Notes: a model not told the origin generated them from the sequence alone. A stretch of 62,898 nucleotides of DNA, filler included, from Octopus bimaculoides (GCF_001194135.2; 5 parts of 4 records of this genome joined end to end with filler, not necessarily neighbours in it), one strand, 5' to 3'. Shown: positions 10,974-23,998, counted from the first letter of the whole stretch. A program made the numbers and translations.

Positions 10974-11250
10974 ATAAAGTTGTAGTATATTGTCAACTTA
11001 ATGTGACAATCCCAATACGGGAATACACTACTGCCGTTTAGCCCTAGGAAGCTGGACCGCTTCCTGTCGGCCTTGGCACAATTACTGTGTCCTTAAGTTT
11101 GCGAGGGGGAGACAAGTTCCTCCACCCAGCGTAGCCAGCATTCAGGGACATGTTTCTGAGTCTTTGCTCGTCATCAGCCTGAAGTAGCTTGCCAGCTGGC
11201 TAGAGAAGCCCGTCTCGCCTTCGCAAACTGACAATATACTACAACTTTAT
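10974..11250 (-). mobile_element. 277-bp structured element bounded by a 22-bp perfect inverted repeat, containing a hammerhead (retrozyme/PLE-like)
   Basis: ATAAAGTTGTAGTATATTGTCA (10974-10995) is the reverse complement of 11229-11250. Internal nested stems. Confidence 0.75.
11141..11183 (-). ncRNA. Near-canonical minimal type-I hammerhead ribozyme
   Basis: Minus strand TTCAGG-CTGATGA-CGAG-CAAAGA-CTCA-GAAA-CATG-TC-CCTGAA: perfect 6-bp stem I, intact core, GUC triplet, palindromic ACATGT stem III. Confidence 0.85.
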
Positions 11251-11873
11251 CGCTCCACTACTGCTTAAATCTCTCTGAGAGATTTAGAAATATTATATTT
11301 CTAATTTTGCTGATCAGTGAATAAACTTCACTATGATTTATATAAGTTTGCTGAAAGTTATGTGTTGAAATATACTTACTCAGATATTGATAATTATAAT
11401 AAACATAACTGTCAAAGTTCATTAGTGATTTAAACTTAGGTTATATTTTCCCATAAAAATATATTTTGTAATACATAAGGATATATTGTGAAACAATAAG
11501 ATTACAAAGAAATGTTTTACAATAACTTAATTAGTTACAATACAAAATTAATTGGGGATTTTGTTACATACACACAAACATATACCTACATACATACATA
11601 TATACACACACAAACATATATATGTATATAGAGAAATGGAAAAGTGTATGTATATATACATATATATCTATGTATATACATGTATATGTATATATATATT
11701 TATGTATACACATATATACATATACATACATACATACATATACATCAGAATTCACAATATGGTATTGTAATTAATTAAATTATAATTCATTACATTCAAT
11801 CGATACAGCTTCATATAGATATAGTTATATACATACATACATACATACGAACATACATATATATGTATGCATA

Positions 11874-11927
<54 letters not shown>

Positions 11928-13121
11928 TATATATGTATGTATATATGTATCTATGTATGTATCCATATAGGTATATAAAGCTGTGGTCAACTTAACTTTC
12001 AGAAATACGAGTATGATGCGCAAAATTAAAATTCTATAAATGGTCATTTATTAGTAACCTGCAGTCGTACAAGTGGGTAGTTCAAAATCCTACTATATGT
12101 TGTCCGATTGATAAGTTAGATTAGTCTCTGAACTGCTTCAAATACGTCGGTCACAAATGACTGGTTTGGGTAATTTTCTTAGTATGAAACATTCCTCCTC
12201 AAGTCCACAAGTATCTATCACTTATATTATTGGCATTAATGATCACAAGAACGTCTATTCTCAGATATTTTGCACACGGGTTTTTTGACCAACGAGTCAC
12301 GATTGCAGATACGATTCTTTTATTCTGTTCATGAAATATTCTGTTATGCTGGTGATGTAACATGCACCGCATTTTCATTCTCCCGATCGGCGTGCCATCG
12401 TACCCATCTATTAAACATAAATTGTGTTCAACTGAGAAAAAATCGTGAAATATTGATTTCATTGTTTCCATTACTAATTTAATATTCTTGTCTCCGATGA
12501 TATTCTATGAGACATTTAATATCTGGCGCAACGTAGATTTCGATTTGAATATATTTCCTCCTATGCCCCTTCTCATATTGTTGTCTGCGTGAATACTTAA
12601 TCCAGAGGGTAGTTTATGTTGGCTAATACCTCCACACTAATCATCCATCTTGTATTTTTTTAGGAGCCGTCTAGAATACATGTGTGTGGATGCAGAAATG
12701 CTTACATTTTGAAATATGCTTTTCTTCAATTATGCCTTTTTTCCGTACTCCACACACCGCCAGAATGTGAAGAAACTATTATTAATATCGTAAATTCTAA
12801 TCGCAGTATTTTCAAGACTTCATATAACCATTGAATGCAGCTGGTGTTTACCAGGATTGTTTTTTTCTCTATTACAAACGAAAAAATTTAAGCATGTATT
12901 GGCAGGGTGAAACTCATTCACTTCTTTTAAAAATTTCAATCTTAAACAATAATTTTTTTGAAGATCGATCAGTTGCCTGCCAGAAGGTTAATACTGTCGC
13001 CGTTGTTAATCATCCGTCCATTAACGTTAAGATATCAATTATTATTACTCGTAACATTGTACTTTTATAACAACAATCACGACGGAGATGTGACGTGAGA
13101 ACAAATTACTGTTAAATTTAT

Positions 13122-13122
<1 letters not shown>

Positions 13123-13184
<62 letters not shown>

Positions 13185-13301
13185 CAGCAGCAGCTGCAGC
13201 AGCAGCAATAGCGTCGGCTGCTGCAATATCAGCACCAACAGTCTTAATAGTTGCAGGAGCTGCAGTATTAAAGGCAGTTACTGGAGGTAGTAGTAGTAGT
13301 G

Positions 13302-13348
<47 letters not shown>
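13123..13348. repeat. (TAG)n/(GCA)n compound microsatellite
   Basis: Two TAG arrays flanking a GCA-derived degenerate middle. Confidence 0.9.
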
Positions 13349-13349
<1 letters not shown>

Positions 13350-13699
13350 TATTAGGACGGTGGTCTTTTCGAATTTAAGATATATCACCGAAAGCGTTCG
13401 TTTTCTAGCTACTACATCGTTTTCCTTTTGCCGGTCAAAGTTTACCTTCGACTACATTATATAACATGCTCAACATTTATGAAGACAGTATGATGAGATT
13501 GCACGAAAATAGTTTTTGACACGGTGCAGTGAAAATATATGGAGGTTTTAAGAAACTATACAGTGAATTAATTACATAAGCAGGACACGATAACATTGAT
13601 AACGCCGATTACGATGGTGACAGCGGTGGAGATTTCTATAATGATAATTGTCATTGTCATCATTCAAAGCCGTGCTGAATGAATATCAGTAAAATAGGT

Positions 13700-13802
13700 T
13701 TTGGAATGAAAGAAAAGAAACGAAAAGGAAGGAAGGAACGGAGGAAGGAAGGAACGAACGAACGAAGGAACGAACGAACGAAGGAACGAAGGAACGAAGG
13801 AA

Positions 13803-13850
<48 letters not shown>

Positions 13851-14200
13851 AGGAAAGAAAGAAAGAAAGGGAGTAAGAAAGGGAGTAAGAAAGGGAGAAA
13901 GAAATGGAGAAAGAGAGAGAGAGAGAAACAAAAGAAAAAGAAGCAGAGACAGAAAGAAAAAAAAGAAAGAGAGAAAGCAATTAAAAACGAAGGTGAGAAA
14001 AAGCAGTNNNNNNNNNNCAGGGAAAGAAAGAAAGAAAGAGAGAAGGAAGAAAGAAACAAAGAAAGAAGGGAATGAGGAAAGGGAGGAAAAAAAGGAAGAA
14101 ATGAAGGAAGGAAGAAACAATGAAGGGTGGACAGAAAGAAAGAAGCAGAGCAGCAGAGAAAAGCGAAAGAAAAAACAAAAATGAATGTGAAAGAAAGAAA
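13700..14200. repeat. Purine-rich (GAAA)n/(GAAG)n/(GAAC)n low-complexity tract
   Basis: Directly visible. Confidence 0.9.
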
Positions 14201-14439
14201 ATAATGACCAAAATATAGGGAAAAAATGCAGTAATTTTATTTATCATTGTTGTAAGAAAAACACACACACACTATAAAAGACACAGAAAACCTGCCTGAG
14301 CAAAATGAAAAGAGAGACAGAAATACATGAAGACATAAATCTTGTTCTATATTATCTTTAGCTTTATTTCTTTCATAGTTTAAAAGAACAGAAATATAGG
14401 AAACCGGAAACAATATTTGTAAAGCAATAATAGTAATGC

Positions 14440-14450
14440 TAATAATGATG

Positions 14451-14511
<61 letters not shown>

Positions 14512-14530
14512 CAACAGCAACAACAACAAC

Positions 14531-14593
<63 letters not shown>

Positions 14594-14859
14594 AAGAAGA
14601 AGAAGAAGAAGAAGAAGAAGAAGAAGAAGAATGATGAGGATAATGATAATAATGAAATATATAAATAAAAAGGAATTTTTTAAAAAATAAAAGATTGCTA
14701 CAAAAAAGATTTTACAAAATCGATAATATATCAAGTTTAATTGATGATCAGCAAAAATCTATGTTCAAACTGAAAGGCTGATAAAAGAAATTAAATTGAT
14801 AAATGAATGAACGAAAGCACACTAATAACAGTAAATAATATGAGTAAAAGAATAATAGC

Positions 14860-14921
<62 letters not shown>

Positions 14922-14948
14922 TAATAATAATAATAATAATAATACATT

Positions 14949-14995
<47 letters not shown>
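14440..14995. repeat. Compound trinucleotide microsatellites (AAT, AAC, AAG, GAT)
   Basis: Directly visible. Confidence 0.95.
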
Positions 14996-15097
14996 CGAGT
15001 TGGTGGTGTTGAAAATGATGAATAACCAAAAATTGTTACAAAAATCTAATTAATTGCACGCATGTGTTTGAATGAACTTACGGGGCAGTACATGTAC

Positions 15098-15128
<31 letters not shown>

Positions 15129-15956
15129 TGTATGTGTGAATGCACGTATGTAAAAATGTGTGTGTATGTGTGTGTGTGTATGTGTGTGCGTATGTGTGTT
15201 CCTGATGATATGTAGCTTTGTGATTGAAAGAGTTTATAACAGCTGAAGTTATGAGAAAGAAAATTACTGAAATGGTTAACATTCTTTCATTCACTTTAAA
15301 TAATAGCCAGAAAGTGTAGGAATGTGCAACTACAAATGGGACATAACAATGTGGAATAGAGGATGATATATACACATGCACACGCATGAATGCATACAAT
15401 GTATACGCACGAAAATTGCTGATTAAACTTCCCTTCCGTGTATATATGTCAGTGTGTGTCTGTGAATAAATGTTTGCTTCTTTATGTCTTCCTTGGAAAT
15501 GACTGAAACGTCAGAATTCTGTGGAATGTCTTCTCAGACAATCGGTTTGTGTTCAATGTTTTTCCAAGGGTAGAATCAATTGAGTGTCAGACATAATATT
15601 TGGGCTTATAAAGTTTCAACAATTTACGTTCTGGTTTCAAATCCCTCTAAGCTTAACTTGGCATTTCATCCTTATTCACTCGATAAAAATTATCAGTCAA
15701 ATACTCTAGTTGGCTTAATAAACTAACCACCGCAACTCCATCAAATAATAATAATCCAGTTTTTCTACCAGAATTTTCTGTAGGTCCTCTTGCAGTTATA
15801 AATACACTAGCCAGTCCGTGCATAATTTACTTAAATAGAATCATAATTTACAGAAATAGGAAATAATGTGGATTGAAGAGCTCGATCATAAAATTACAAA
15901 AATTAGAAAGGTCCGTCAATAACATGGTGGTGGATGATTTCTTTTATTCGCTGCAG

Positions 15957-16236
15957 GAGAATATTACCATGGGCAGTTTACAATTTGTGTGATGGTTTAC
16001 ATGATAATATGTGCAGGATGGTAGACGAGATAAAAGAATACATAGACAAGTTATGTGAAGACATGGATAATTCACTGCTCTTGACAATCAAGAGAGAACC
16101 ACATATCCAGATTTGCCCTGACCGCAAAGGATTCAAACCCTTACCCCACTGTTGTTCTTCAATCTACCAGTGCATGTGTAAAATTAATTATCGTCATCAT
16201 CAAAAACACCTTTATTATAATGATATACATGATTAG
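15957..16236 (+). CDS. Candidate exon of unknown product (unconfirmed)
   Basis: Pyrimidine-rich acceptor TTTCTTTTATTCGCTGCAG at 15956, then a 93-codon non-repetitive open frame (RILPWAVYNLCDGLHDNMCRMVDEIKEYIDKLCED...). No family recognised and no strong donor site. Confidence 0.3.
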
Positions 16237-16239
16237 TTT

Positions 16240-16630
16240 CAAATTCTGTCACGAGGCCAGCAGTTTTTGGTGCAGGGGCTTTGCTCAACTGGTACACATT
16301 TTATCGACCTCAAAGGAAGAGAAGCAAAGCCCAACTCAGGATAAAATACCGCTAAGCATTTTACCCGGTGCATTATCGACTTAGTTCGGCACTTTACCAC
16401 GCAAGTACATAATATTGGTTTCAAATTTGGCAGAAAAATAGGAGTTATGTGGGGAGGCGCTAAGTCGATTACATCGACACTAGTGTTCAAATAGTACTTA
16501 TTTTACCGACCCAGAAATGATGAAAAGCAAAGATGACTTCGGCAGGATTTGAACTTAGAACGTAAAGTCGACCGAAGTGCTGCTAAGCAATTATACTCGG
16601 CGTGCTAACGATTTTGCCAGATCGGTGCCT
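16240..16630 (-). mobile_element. SINE family A, two head-to-tail copies
   Basis: Reverse complements of the TTTCATCCTTTCGGGGTCGATAAAATAAGTACCAG core and the GTTCAAAT B-box, twice. Confidence 0.8.
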
Positions 16631-17403
16631 TTATGGTAAACATGCTCAAGATGTTTTCCCTTTAATTTGCTAGATCACAACTGGAATTCAGGGCTGTTAG
16701 CATAGGTCAGTTTGAACAGATTTGAATCAGAGCTAAGCAACAACAACAATAATAATAATAATAAATATTAATAAAAATGGCGCATATTTCTGTCGAAAAT
16801 ATATTTTCCTAGAATTATAACTTGTAGTTATGTTATACAATGCAACTCGCGAACAAATATTCATTTTATGACTGATTCTTCATAAATTTATTATCTTACA
16901 TTTACAATTATTTCTCATATTTTATGGGGATTCTTTGTCATTCCCACCCCGCTTGTATTTAATTTTAACGCGTGTATCTCCACCCAGTGAGGAACTTTCG
17001 AATGAAAAATAAGATATAGTAAATCCATACAAAAGATGGAATTTTATTGAAAACATATACTTTTAATGTTCTCTAATAATAAATTTCTGTATTTTTTTTA
17101 AATATACATAGACATATCTGAGATATATTTTTATAACAGAGATGATACTTAGTTTACAGCCATATTTTATTTTACACTTATAAATTATAATTTCCAATTT
17201 CTAGCATATGTCGTAACAAAATTGCAATTCCGTAAGAAAAAGAGATAATGGAAATTATCATATACATTGTATAGACTTCCCTACACGCTAACAACTCAAT
17301 AGTTGGGTGCATGCGTGTATACGTACACACACACACACAGGCATACACACACACACATATATAAACATATATATATATATACACATATATACACATATGC
17401 ATA

Positions 17404-17449
<46 letters not shown>

Positions 17450-17646
17450 TATACATATATATACATATATATACANNNNNNNNNNATATATATATATATA
17501 TATATACATATTTATATATTTATACATATACATATAAGTATATATATAAGCACATATATATGTGTGTGTACGTGTGTATCTACGTACGTATGTATAAATA
17601 CACTTCTATAGCTATTTCACCTTTCATATCTCTCTTTCTTTGTGCG

Positions 17647-17679
<33 letters not shown>

Positions 17680-17711
17680 ACGCGCCTCTGTGTGTGTGTT
17701 TGTGTGCGTAT

Positions 17712-17762
<51 letters not shown>

Positions 17763-18194
17763 ATGATAAATATACAAATATAGAACAAGCAAGAAAACAA
17801 AATCAGAATTTACATAGATATTTTTTGTGTATTCCACAAATCAAAATCAATTTTATTTCGCAACCACTTTAATAATTGTAGTACGAGGTGGTTTGTAAAA
17901 TATATTTACATTTTATCAATATAATTTCAAACTAGCATTCTACACACATAAACACACACGTACACGATAACATATAAATTCAATATCTAGCGTACATTCA
18001 AAAGTCAGATTGAAAAGCGCATATATAAAGACGTGTGTATAGGAATGTAATTGCATGTATATATGTGAGAGTGTGTATGCGTGCGCATATTTTTCTGCAT
18101 TTACATATATGTGTGTGTCTATGTGTGTGTGTGTGTGCATACAGGGAGAGAGAAAGAGAGAGAGGGAGAGAGAGAAAAGGGATAGATAGATTGG

Positions 18195-18228
<34 letters not shown>

Positions 18229-19591
18229 CATACATACATACATACATACATACATACATACATACATACATACATAAGTATGTATGTAAGTATGTATAAA
18301 TATATATGCAGTAATCCCTCGATTCTCGCGGATATGACTACCAACACCTTCTAAAGAAATAATTAAAATACATAAAAGCATAAATAACTATCGGCCGCAG
18401 AAAGGTTTTCGTAATATATGTTACGAAAATTATCTATTAGACGACCTTCCTCGGTTAAAGCGGTTTCTTATTTGGTTACCCTGACAACGATTTGGGGTAT
18501 TTTGTTGTAATTGACTGGAGTCGAAAATACTGGTACTATGTAACATATCTTAGCTTAATTCAAAACCTATCTATTAATACAATCTTATTTGAGTTAGTTC
18601 GCTTTGAAATCGTCGTATGTATTGAACCTTGATGAAATTGCAGCGACTAGTATTTATAACTGCATACAGAGCATTGTGCAGTTGCTGCAGTAGAAACATA
18701 TGTTGGTCATTATGTGTACTGTGGAAAACCTTCTGATAAAAAGTTTTGGATGTGAATAAATCTCCACTCTCATCTTGGCGTTCAGTTGTGCGTGTGCGTG
18801 GGGGGGGGAAATAAAATTCCCAGGATCCGATAAGATCAAGTATTTAAATAATGAAAGCAAAAAATGGAGTCGGAGATAGGGCCCCAATGCACTAACAATG
18901 TGTACTGATACATACGTACTTACTATAGTAAATACGGATTTGTCACTCCAGATATGCACACATTCACAAGTACTGACAGAATGCTCCTCGTGCATTCAAT
19001 GTCACAGAGGTGTACATGCACTGCATGTATTCCATAGTCGACTATAGGCTCCAGATCCAAACGTATGGAAGCTACAGATTTGGGTAAAGAATAAACAATA
19101 ACACAAATGGGTTGAGATTCTCTGCAGCTGATTCAGATATGCCCTTTAGCGATGAACAAAATAGACCGTTTCCTTCAGGTGAATAAGGTGAAAAATTAAG
19201 ACAGAATTTCTTCTCAAAAACAACATGATGTAAAATGACCCGACCAACCATAACCTGATTGGTAGGGTCTTTTTAACAACGTTCTATTGTGGGGAGAAAT
19301 TCTAAGAGTTAAATTCTCTCTTCATTCCCCTGGACAAAACGGGGATTTTTTTGCATGGCGTAATGTTTTTCTTCATCAATAAAGAACACACCTGAATCGG
19401 TTATAGTGAACTATCACCTATCCGTATTATTGTTTATGTGCGTGTGTGCTTGTGTGTGTGTGTGTGTAGGATTAATCCTACACACATCTTCCACTCACTT
19501 CGGGCTGTCCTTTAAGTAAACAACGCACAGTGTAAACTGGATAGGAAATGATGTATATCAACCAATATAACTATAATTATCACTGGAAAAT

Positions 19592-19691
19592 NNNNNNNNN
19601 NNNNNNNNNNNNNNNNNNNNNNNNNNNNNNNNNNNTTAATTAATTAANNNNNNNNNNNNNNNNNNNNNNNNNNNNNNNNNNNNNNNNNNNN
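19592..19691. other. Artificial scaffold spacer (44 N + TTAATTAATTAA + 44 N)
   Basis: Identical 100-bp construct occurs four times in the window; the 12-mer has stops in all six frames. Confidence 0.95.
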
Positions 19692-20309
19692 AATGTATAA
19701 TAGACTGTATCTCGGATCAAATGGCTATTTCGATATCGAATGTACACATATAAGCACATGAATACATGTATATATGTATATATGTATGTGTGTATGTATG
19801 TATGTGCATGTGTAAGTATATTGTGTATATGTGTATGTGAATGTACTGTGTGTGTGGAAATGCATATTCAAATTGGTGTATGTAAATACATGTTTAAATT
19901 TATGTATGCACGTATGTATTCATGTATGCATATATGTCTATATGTATATAAAAATGTATGTATACAGCCAATATTGTAAACTTTCTGGACAGCAAGCTGT
20001 TGCATGAAATATAACCGCGTTAACAAGAATATTGTTTGAAAAGCAACATTTAAAGTATACCTTAGCGAACCATTCTGGCATTGTTCGCTATTTGTTTCAG
20101 TTTTAAATAAAATATTTTAAAAATCAAATAACAAAAGAAAAAAACATCTGAAAACACGTAGTGCAAATTTAGTGAAAAAGTTTTAGGTAATTCAGAAGAT
20201 AAAAGATATATGTGCTGGGGGTGTATGCATGCGTCAGTGCACGTATAAATGTTTGTGTGGTTTTGTATGTGGATGTGTGATGTAGAACTGTGATTACACA
20301 CACACAAAC

Positions 20310-20342
<33 letters not shown>

Positions 20343-20389
20343 TTACACATATATATATGCATGCATGTATGTATGGNNNNNNNNNNGGA

Positions 20390-20438
<49 letters not shown>

Positions 20439-21113
20439 GTATATATGTATGCACACACACACACATACACGTATTTCTATACACAAGTGTGTGTGTGTGC
20501 GCGCGTGCGCGCGTGTATGTGTGTGTATTACCAATGCCATATACTTAATGTACGAATGTTGTTTAAACGTCAAAAGCTGCAGTCTATCGTTCGGGAAAAA
20601 CCTCTTAAAAGACATGTTGTGTTAAATAACCCAATATACTTCAGAACTAGACGAAAGGAAATCGCTCCAGAAGTGATTACGAGAGCACTAGTTACGTATT
20701 TCAACAATGATGTTCTAGTGATTTGATGATATAAATTTTCTATGTGTATTGGTTTGTGAATATATAATGCAATTGTATTGTATAATGCAGAACATGCATA
20801 TTAATGCAAATATGTAAGCATAATTTCTTCCACACTGAAATTTTTATTACATGAAGAAGTCTACGAAACAGCCCTAACCCTAAGAATGTCAACTGGTTAG
20901 ATAAATATATTCACTTCTCATACCTCCTGACCTTTTATCATTTATAAATTATTTCTTTGATCAGATCTTCTGGATTTCAGCTGCATTGGCACTCTACATT
21001 ACACTTCTGTATATTGGATTATCGGATTACTATGTGGACTATTAGCTGAATCTGTACGAGGAGATTTCAGTGATAGCTACACGGTTCTCTGAATCCTTAT
21101 CTCATCCTACAAT

Positions 21114-21211
21114 TGTGTGTGTGTGTGTGTGTGTTTGTGTGTGTGTGCGTTTGTATGTGTGTATGTGTGTGTGTTTGTATGCGTGTGTGTGTGTTTGTAT
21201 GTGCGTGTGTG

Positions 21212-21303
<92 letters not shown>

Positions 21304-21309
21304 CGTGCG
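21114..21309. repeat. (TG)n microsatellite
   Basis: Directly visible. Confidence 0.95.
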
Positions 21310-21983
21310 TCCGAGATCACTTGTGAGGTCTCTCGTGAGTGCTATAGCTAACATGAGTCGGGTTCTCGACGACTAAACCAGAACACCCATTAGGCATGCC
21401 TGGCGAGGAAGGTTGCTCGAAACCCAACAAGACTAAACGCAAGACCTGCCAAAAGGATGGATGAACCAAGTGTAGACTCAACCACTATCAAGCACAAGCC
21501 CTCAAAAATTCCGGGTCGGTATCTAACGTGCGGGAAAATCACTGGGAGCGAGGTATCCCACAGCTTTTGTTAAAGCATGTCTCTAGGAGAAGGTCACTCT
21601 CACATAAAACCAGATATGCAGAGAATGGCATTGAACATTTTGGGGATCTTTTGTTTGTGCTTGTGATCATAACACCCCCACATTTCTGACCCTGCGACCC
21701 ATACTGGTACTGAATATCTTGTCTTGGTTTGTCTCTGAATCATATCAATATGGTGGAAAGGGTATGTGAGTTGCTTTGCACGCCTTATTGAACCTAAACT
21801 TTTAGGTTGTTCAATCGCCGGCGAGGCAACTTTCCGAGTAGGAGGGCGCCGCGGCAAGCATGTAAACTGCAGGCGTGAACCTCCGTGAAGCCGACTGTGG
21901 GTGCAATAACCTCACGCATAGACACTGCTGACATTTTTCATGGGCAATGGTCAATGATGGTCTTCCCTAGTCACAAGTGGACA

Positions 21984-21990
<7 letters not shown>
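21310..21990 (+). mobile_element. Probable internally deleted RTE-type LINE (5'UTR-like part joined to 3' end)
   Basis: GC-richer unit ending ...ATGGTCTTCCCTAGTCACAAGTGGACAGCCATCA plus (TA)n, resembling RTE 3' ends including the one at 27070. Decayed C-terminal Cys/His motif near 21865-21925; no RT. Confidence 0.45.
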
Positions 21991-22032
<42 letters not shown>

Positions 22033-22197
22033 NNNNNNNNNNNNNNNNNNNNNNNNNNNNNNNNNNNNNNNNNNNNNNNNNNNNNNNNNNNNNNNNNNNN
22101 NNNNNNNNNNNNNNNNNNNNNNNNNNNNNNNNNNNNNNNNNNNNNNNNNNNNNNNNNNNNNNNNNNNNNNNNNNNNNNNNNNNNNNNNNNNNNNNNN

Positions 22198-22248
<51 letters not shown>

Positions 22249-22559
22249 TTCAGTGTAAATCTGACAACTTTTTCTGTCTCTCTTTTCTTCTTTTTTCTTT
22301 TTTTCTTTTTTTCAGGAATGGCTTGATGTATTGGTTAACGGGCGTTTGAAGAGCATTATGATAAAAGTTGTAGTTGAGAAATAGTTTGCTGACATGGAGG
22401 ACTGGAAGTCATCTGAATATTGGAAACAGTTACCGTTATCATGGTGATTAGCGCCGGGTATTAAAATGGTGATATAATGACTGATGCTCAATGCTCTGTA
22501 TAGGTTGTGACGGTCTTTCGGCGTGTCTCCAGTGCGGAGACGTCATACCACTCCACATC

Positions 22560-22916
22560 TTTTAACAAGGCCTTAAGCTCAATTCAGGCGGCTATGTGAA
22601 GCTGGGGAAGACTTTGATGAAACCCTGGCTGAAGTGGGTTGCCGTTGGAAGACCATATATGTGGTAACAGCATTCGGCCATACCTCCCGAAAGAGTCAAA
22701 AGTGATTGTCAGAGAATTTCTACTTAACCAGCTCCAATTTCTGACCTCCTAATTTCCCCAATTGTATTACTATGTGAGAAGCGCAAGGCCGAGCTGATAG
22801 CTATCATCAAAGAGGAGCTCGAAGATCTCCCCAGGGTCTCAGTGAGGGACGCATGCACCAAGGTCCGGAGACGTCTTGAGGCTGCAGTTGAAACTGAGGG
22901 CGGCCACTTTGAGTAA
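22560..22916 (+). pseudogene. maT/DD37D-like Tc1/mariner transposase C-terminal remnant
   Basis: QGLKLNSGGYVKL..MKPWLKWVAVGRPYMW*QHSA...LSENF...PPN.PNC...KAELIAIIKEELEDLPRVSVRDACTKVRRRLEAAVETEGGHFE*. Confidence 0.85.
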
Positions 22917-23148
22917 ACTCTTATCTCCCAGCCATAATTTAGTTGATAATTTTTGGATTGTGTTATTGTATTTTCTTATCCGTTTATGCATACTGTCAAA
23001 TTTGGCCTGAACAGGTATGTACATATATGCATACGTACTCACATGCGCGCGCGCGAGTATGTATGTAATCTTTTTCGGTTTTTATTTTTGGTTTCTTTTA
23101 AATTCTCTTTTTGGCAAATGCCAAAAAATGTAATTATTGTTGTTATTT

Positions 23149-23620
23149 AAGGTAGCAAACTAGGAGAATCGTTACTGCACCAGCAAAAAATGCTTTACGT
23201 TCCGAGTTCAAATTCCGCCTACGCCGACTTTGCCTTTCATCCTTTCGGGGTCGATAAAATAAGTACCAGTCGAACACTGGAGTCGAAGTATTCGACTTAA
23301 TCTCTTCTCCGAACTTGCTGGTCTTGTGCCAAAATTTGAAACCATTATTTAAGGTGGCGAGCAGGCAGAATTGTTAGCAAGCCGAACGAAATGCTTAGCG
23401 GTATTTCGTCTGTCTTTACGTTCTGAGTACCAGTTGCGTACTGGGGTCGATCTAATCGACTGGCCCCCTCCTCCAAAAATTTCGGGCCCTGTGCCTAGAG
23501 TAGAAAAGAATCGTCAGCACGACGGGGAAAATGCTTAGCAGCATTTCGTCCGTCCTTACATTCTGAGTTCAAATTCCGCCGAGGTCGAAATTCATCCTTT
23601 CGGGGTCAAAATAAACAATA
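23149..23620 (+). mobile_element. SINE family A, three tandem copies
   Basis: Three heads (GCAGAAT.GTTAGCA...GAAATGCTTAGC) and repeated CCTTTCGGGGTC cores. Confidence 0.85.
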
Positions 23621-23624
23621 CCTG

Positions 23625-23998
23625 ACCTTGCAGGTGGGACCCAGTTAGAATTTTCTATCCCACTCAAAAGGTCCCTGAATAAGGGTCGTTTAAGAATGCT
23701 GAACGAAACACCCATGTTTCCAGAGGTGAATTATCCAAACCCCAAAGAATTCCTCTCAACACATGGCTATGATGCTCCCCCACTANNNNNNNNNNTCCAA
23801 ACCCCAAAGAATTCCTCTCAACACATGGCTATGATGCTCCCCCACTACTTCTGCTCGTGATCAGAGATGCAGATATCCTCAGCCACCAAGTGATATGCTC
23901 AACTGGTTAAAGTCAAACAAATCACAAGCAAATCTGTGGTATTGAACATACTATTTGCTGTAGCCCATATTTTATACTAAGATAAAACAATGCTGTTG

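Noticed and set aside
13123-13348. Poly-Ala/Val/Ser peptide-like stretch
   Set aside because: Derived from TAG/GCA microsatellite drift; no start, splice or domain context.
18670-18760. Short frame EHCAVAAVETYVGHYVYCGKPSDKKFWM with AG/GT borders
   Set aside because: Weak splice signals and no recognisable family.
23734-23848. 52-bp direct repeat on both sides of a 10-N gap
   Set aside because: Typical unmerged contig overlap, i.e. an assembly artefact.
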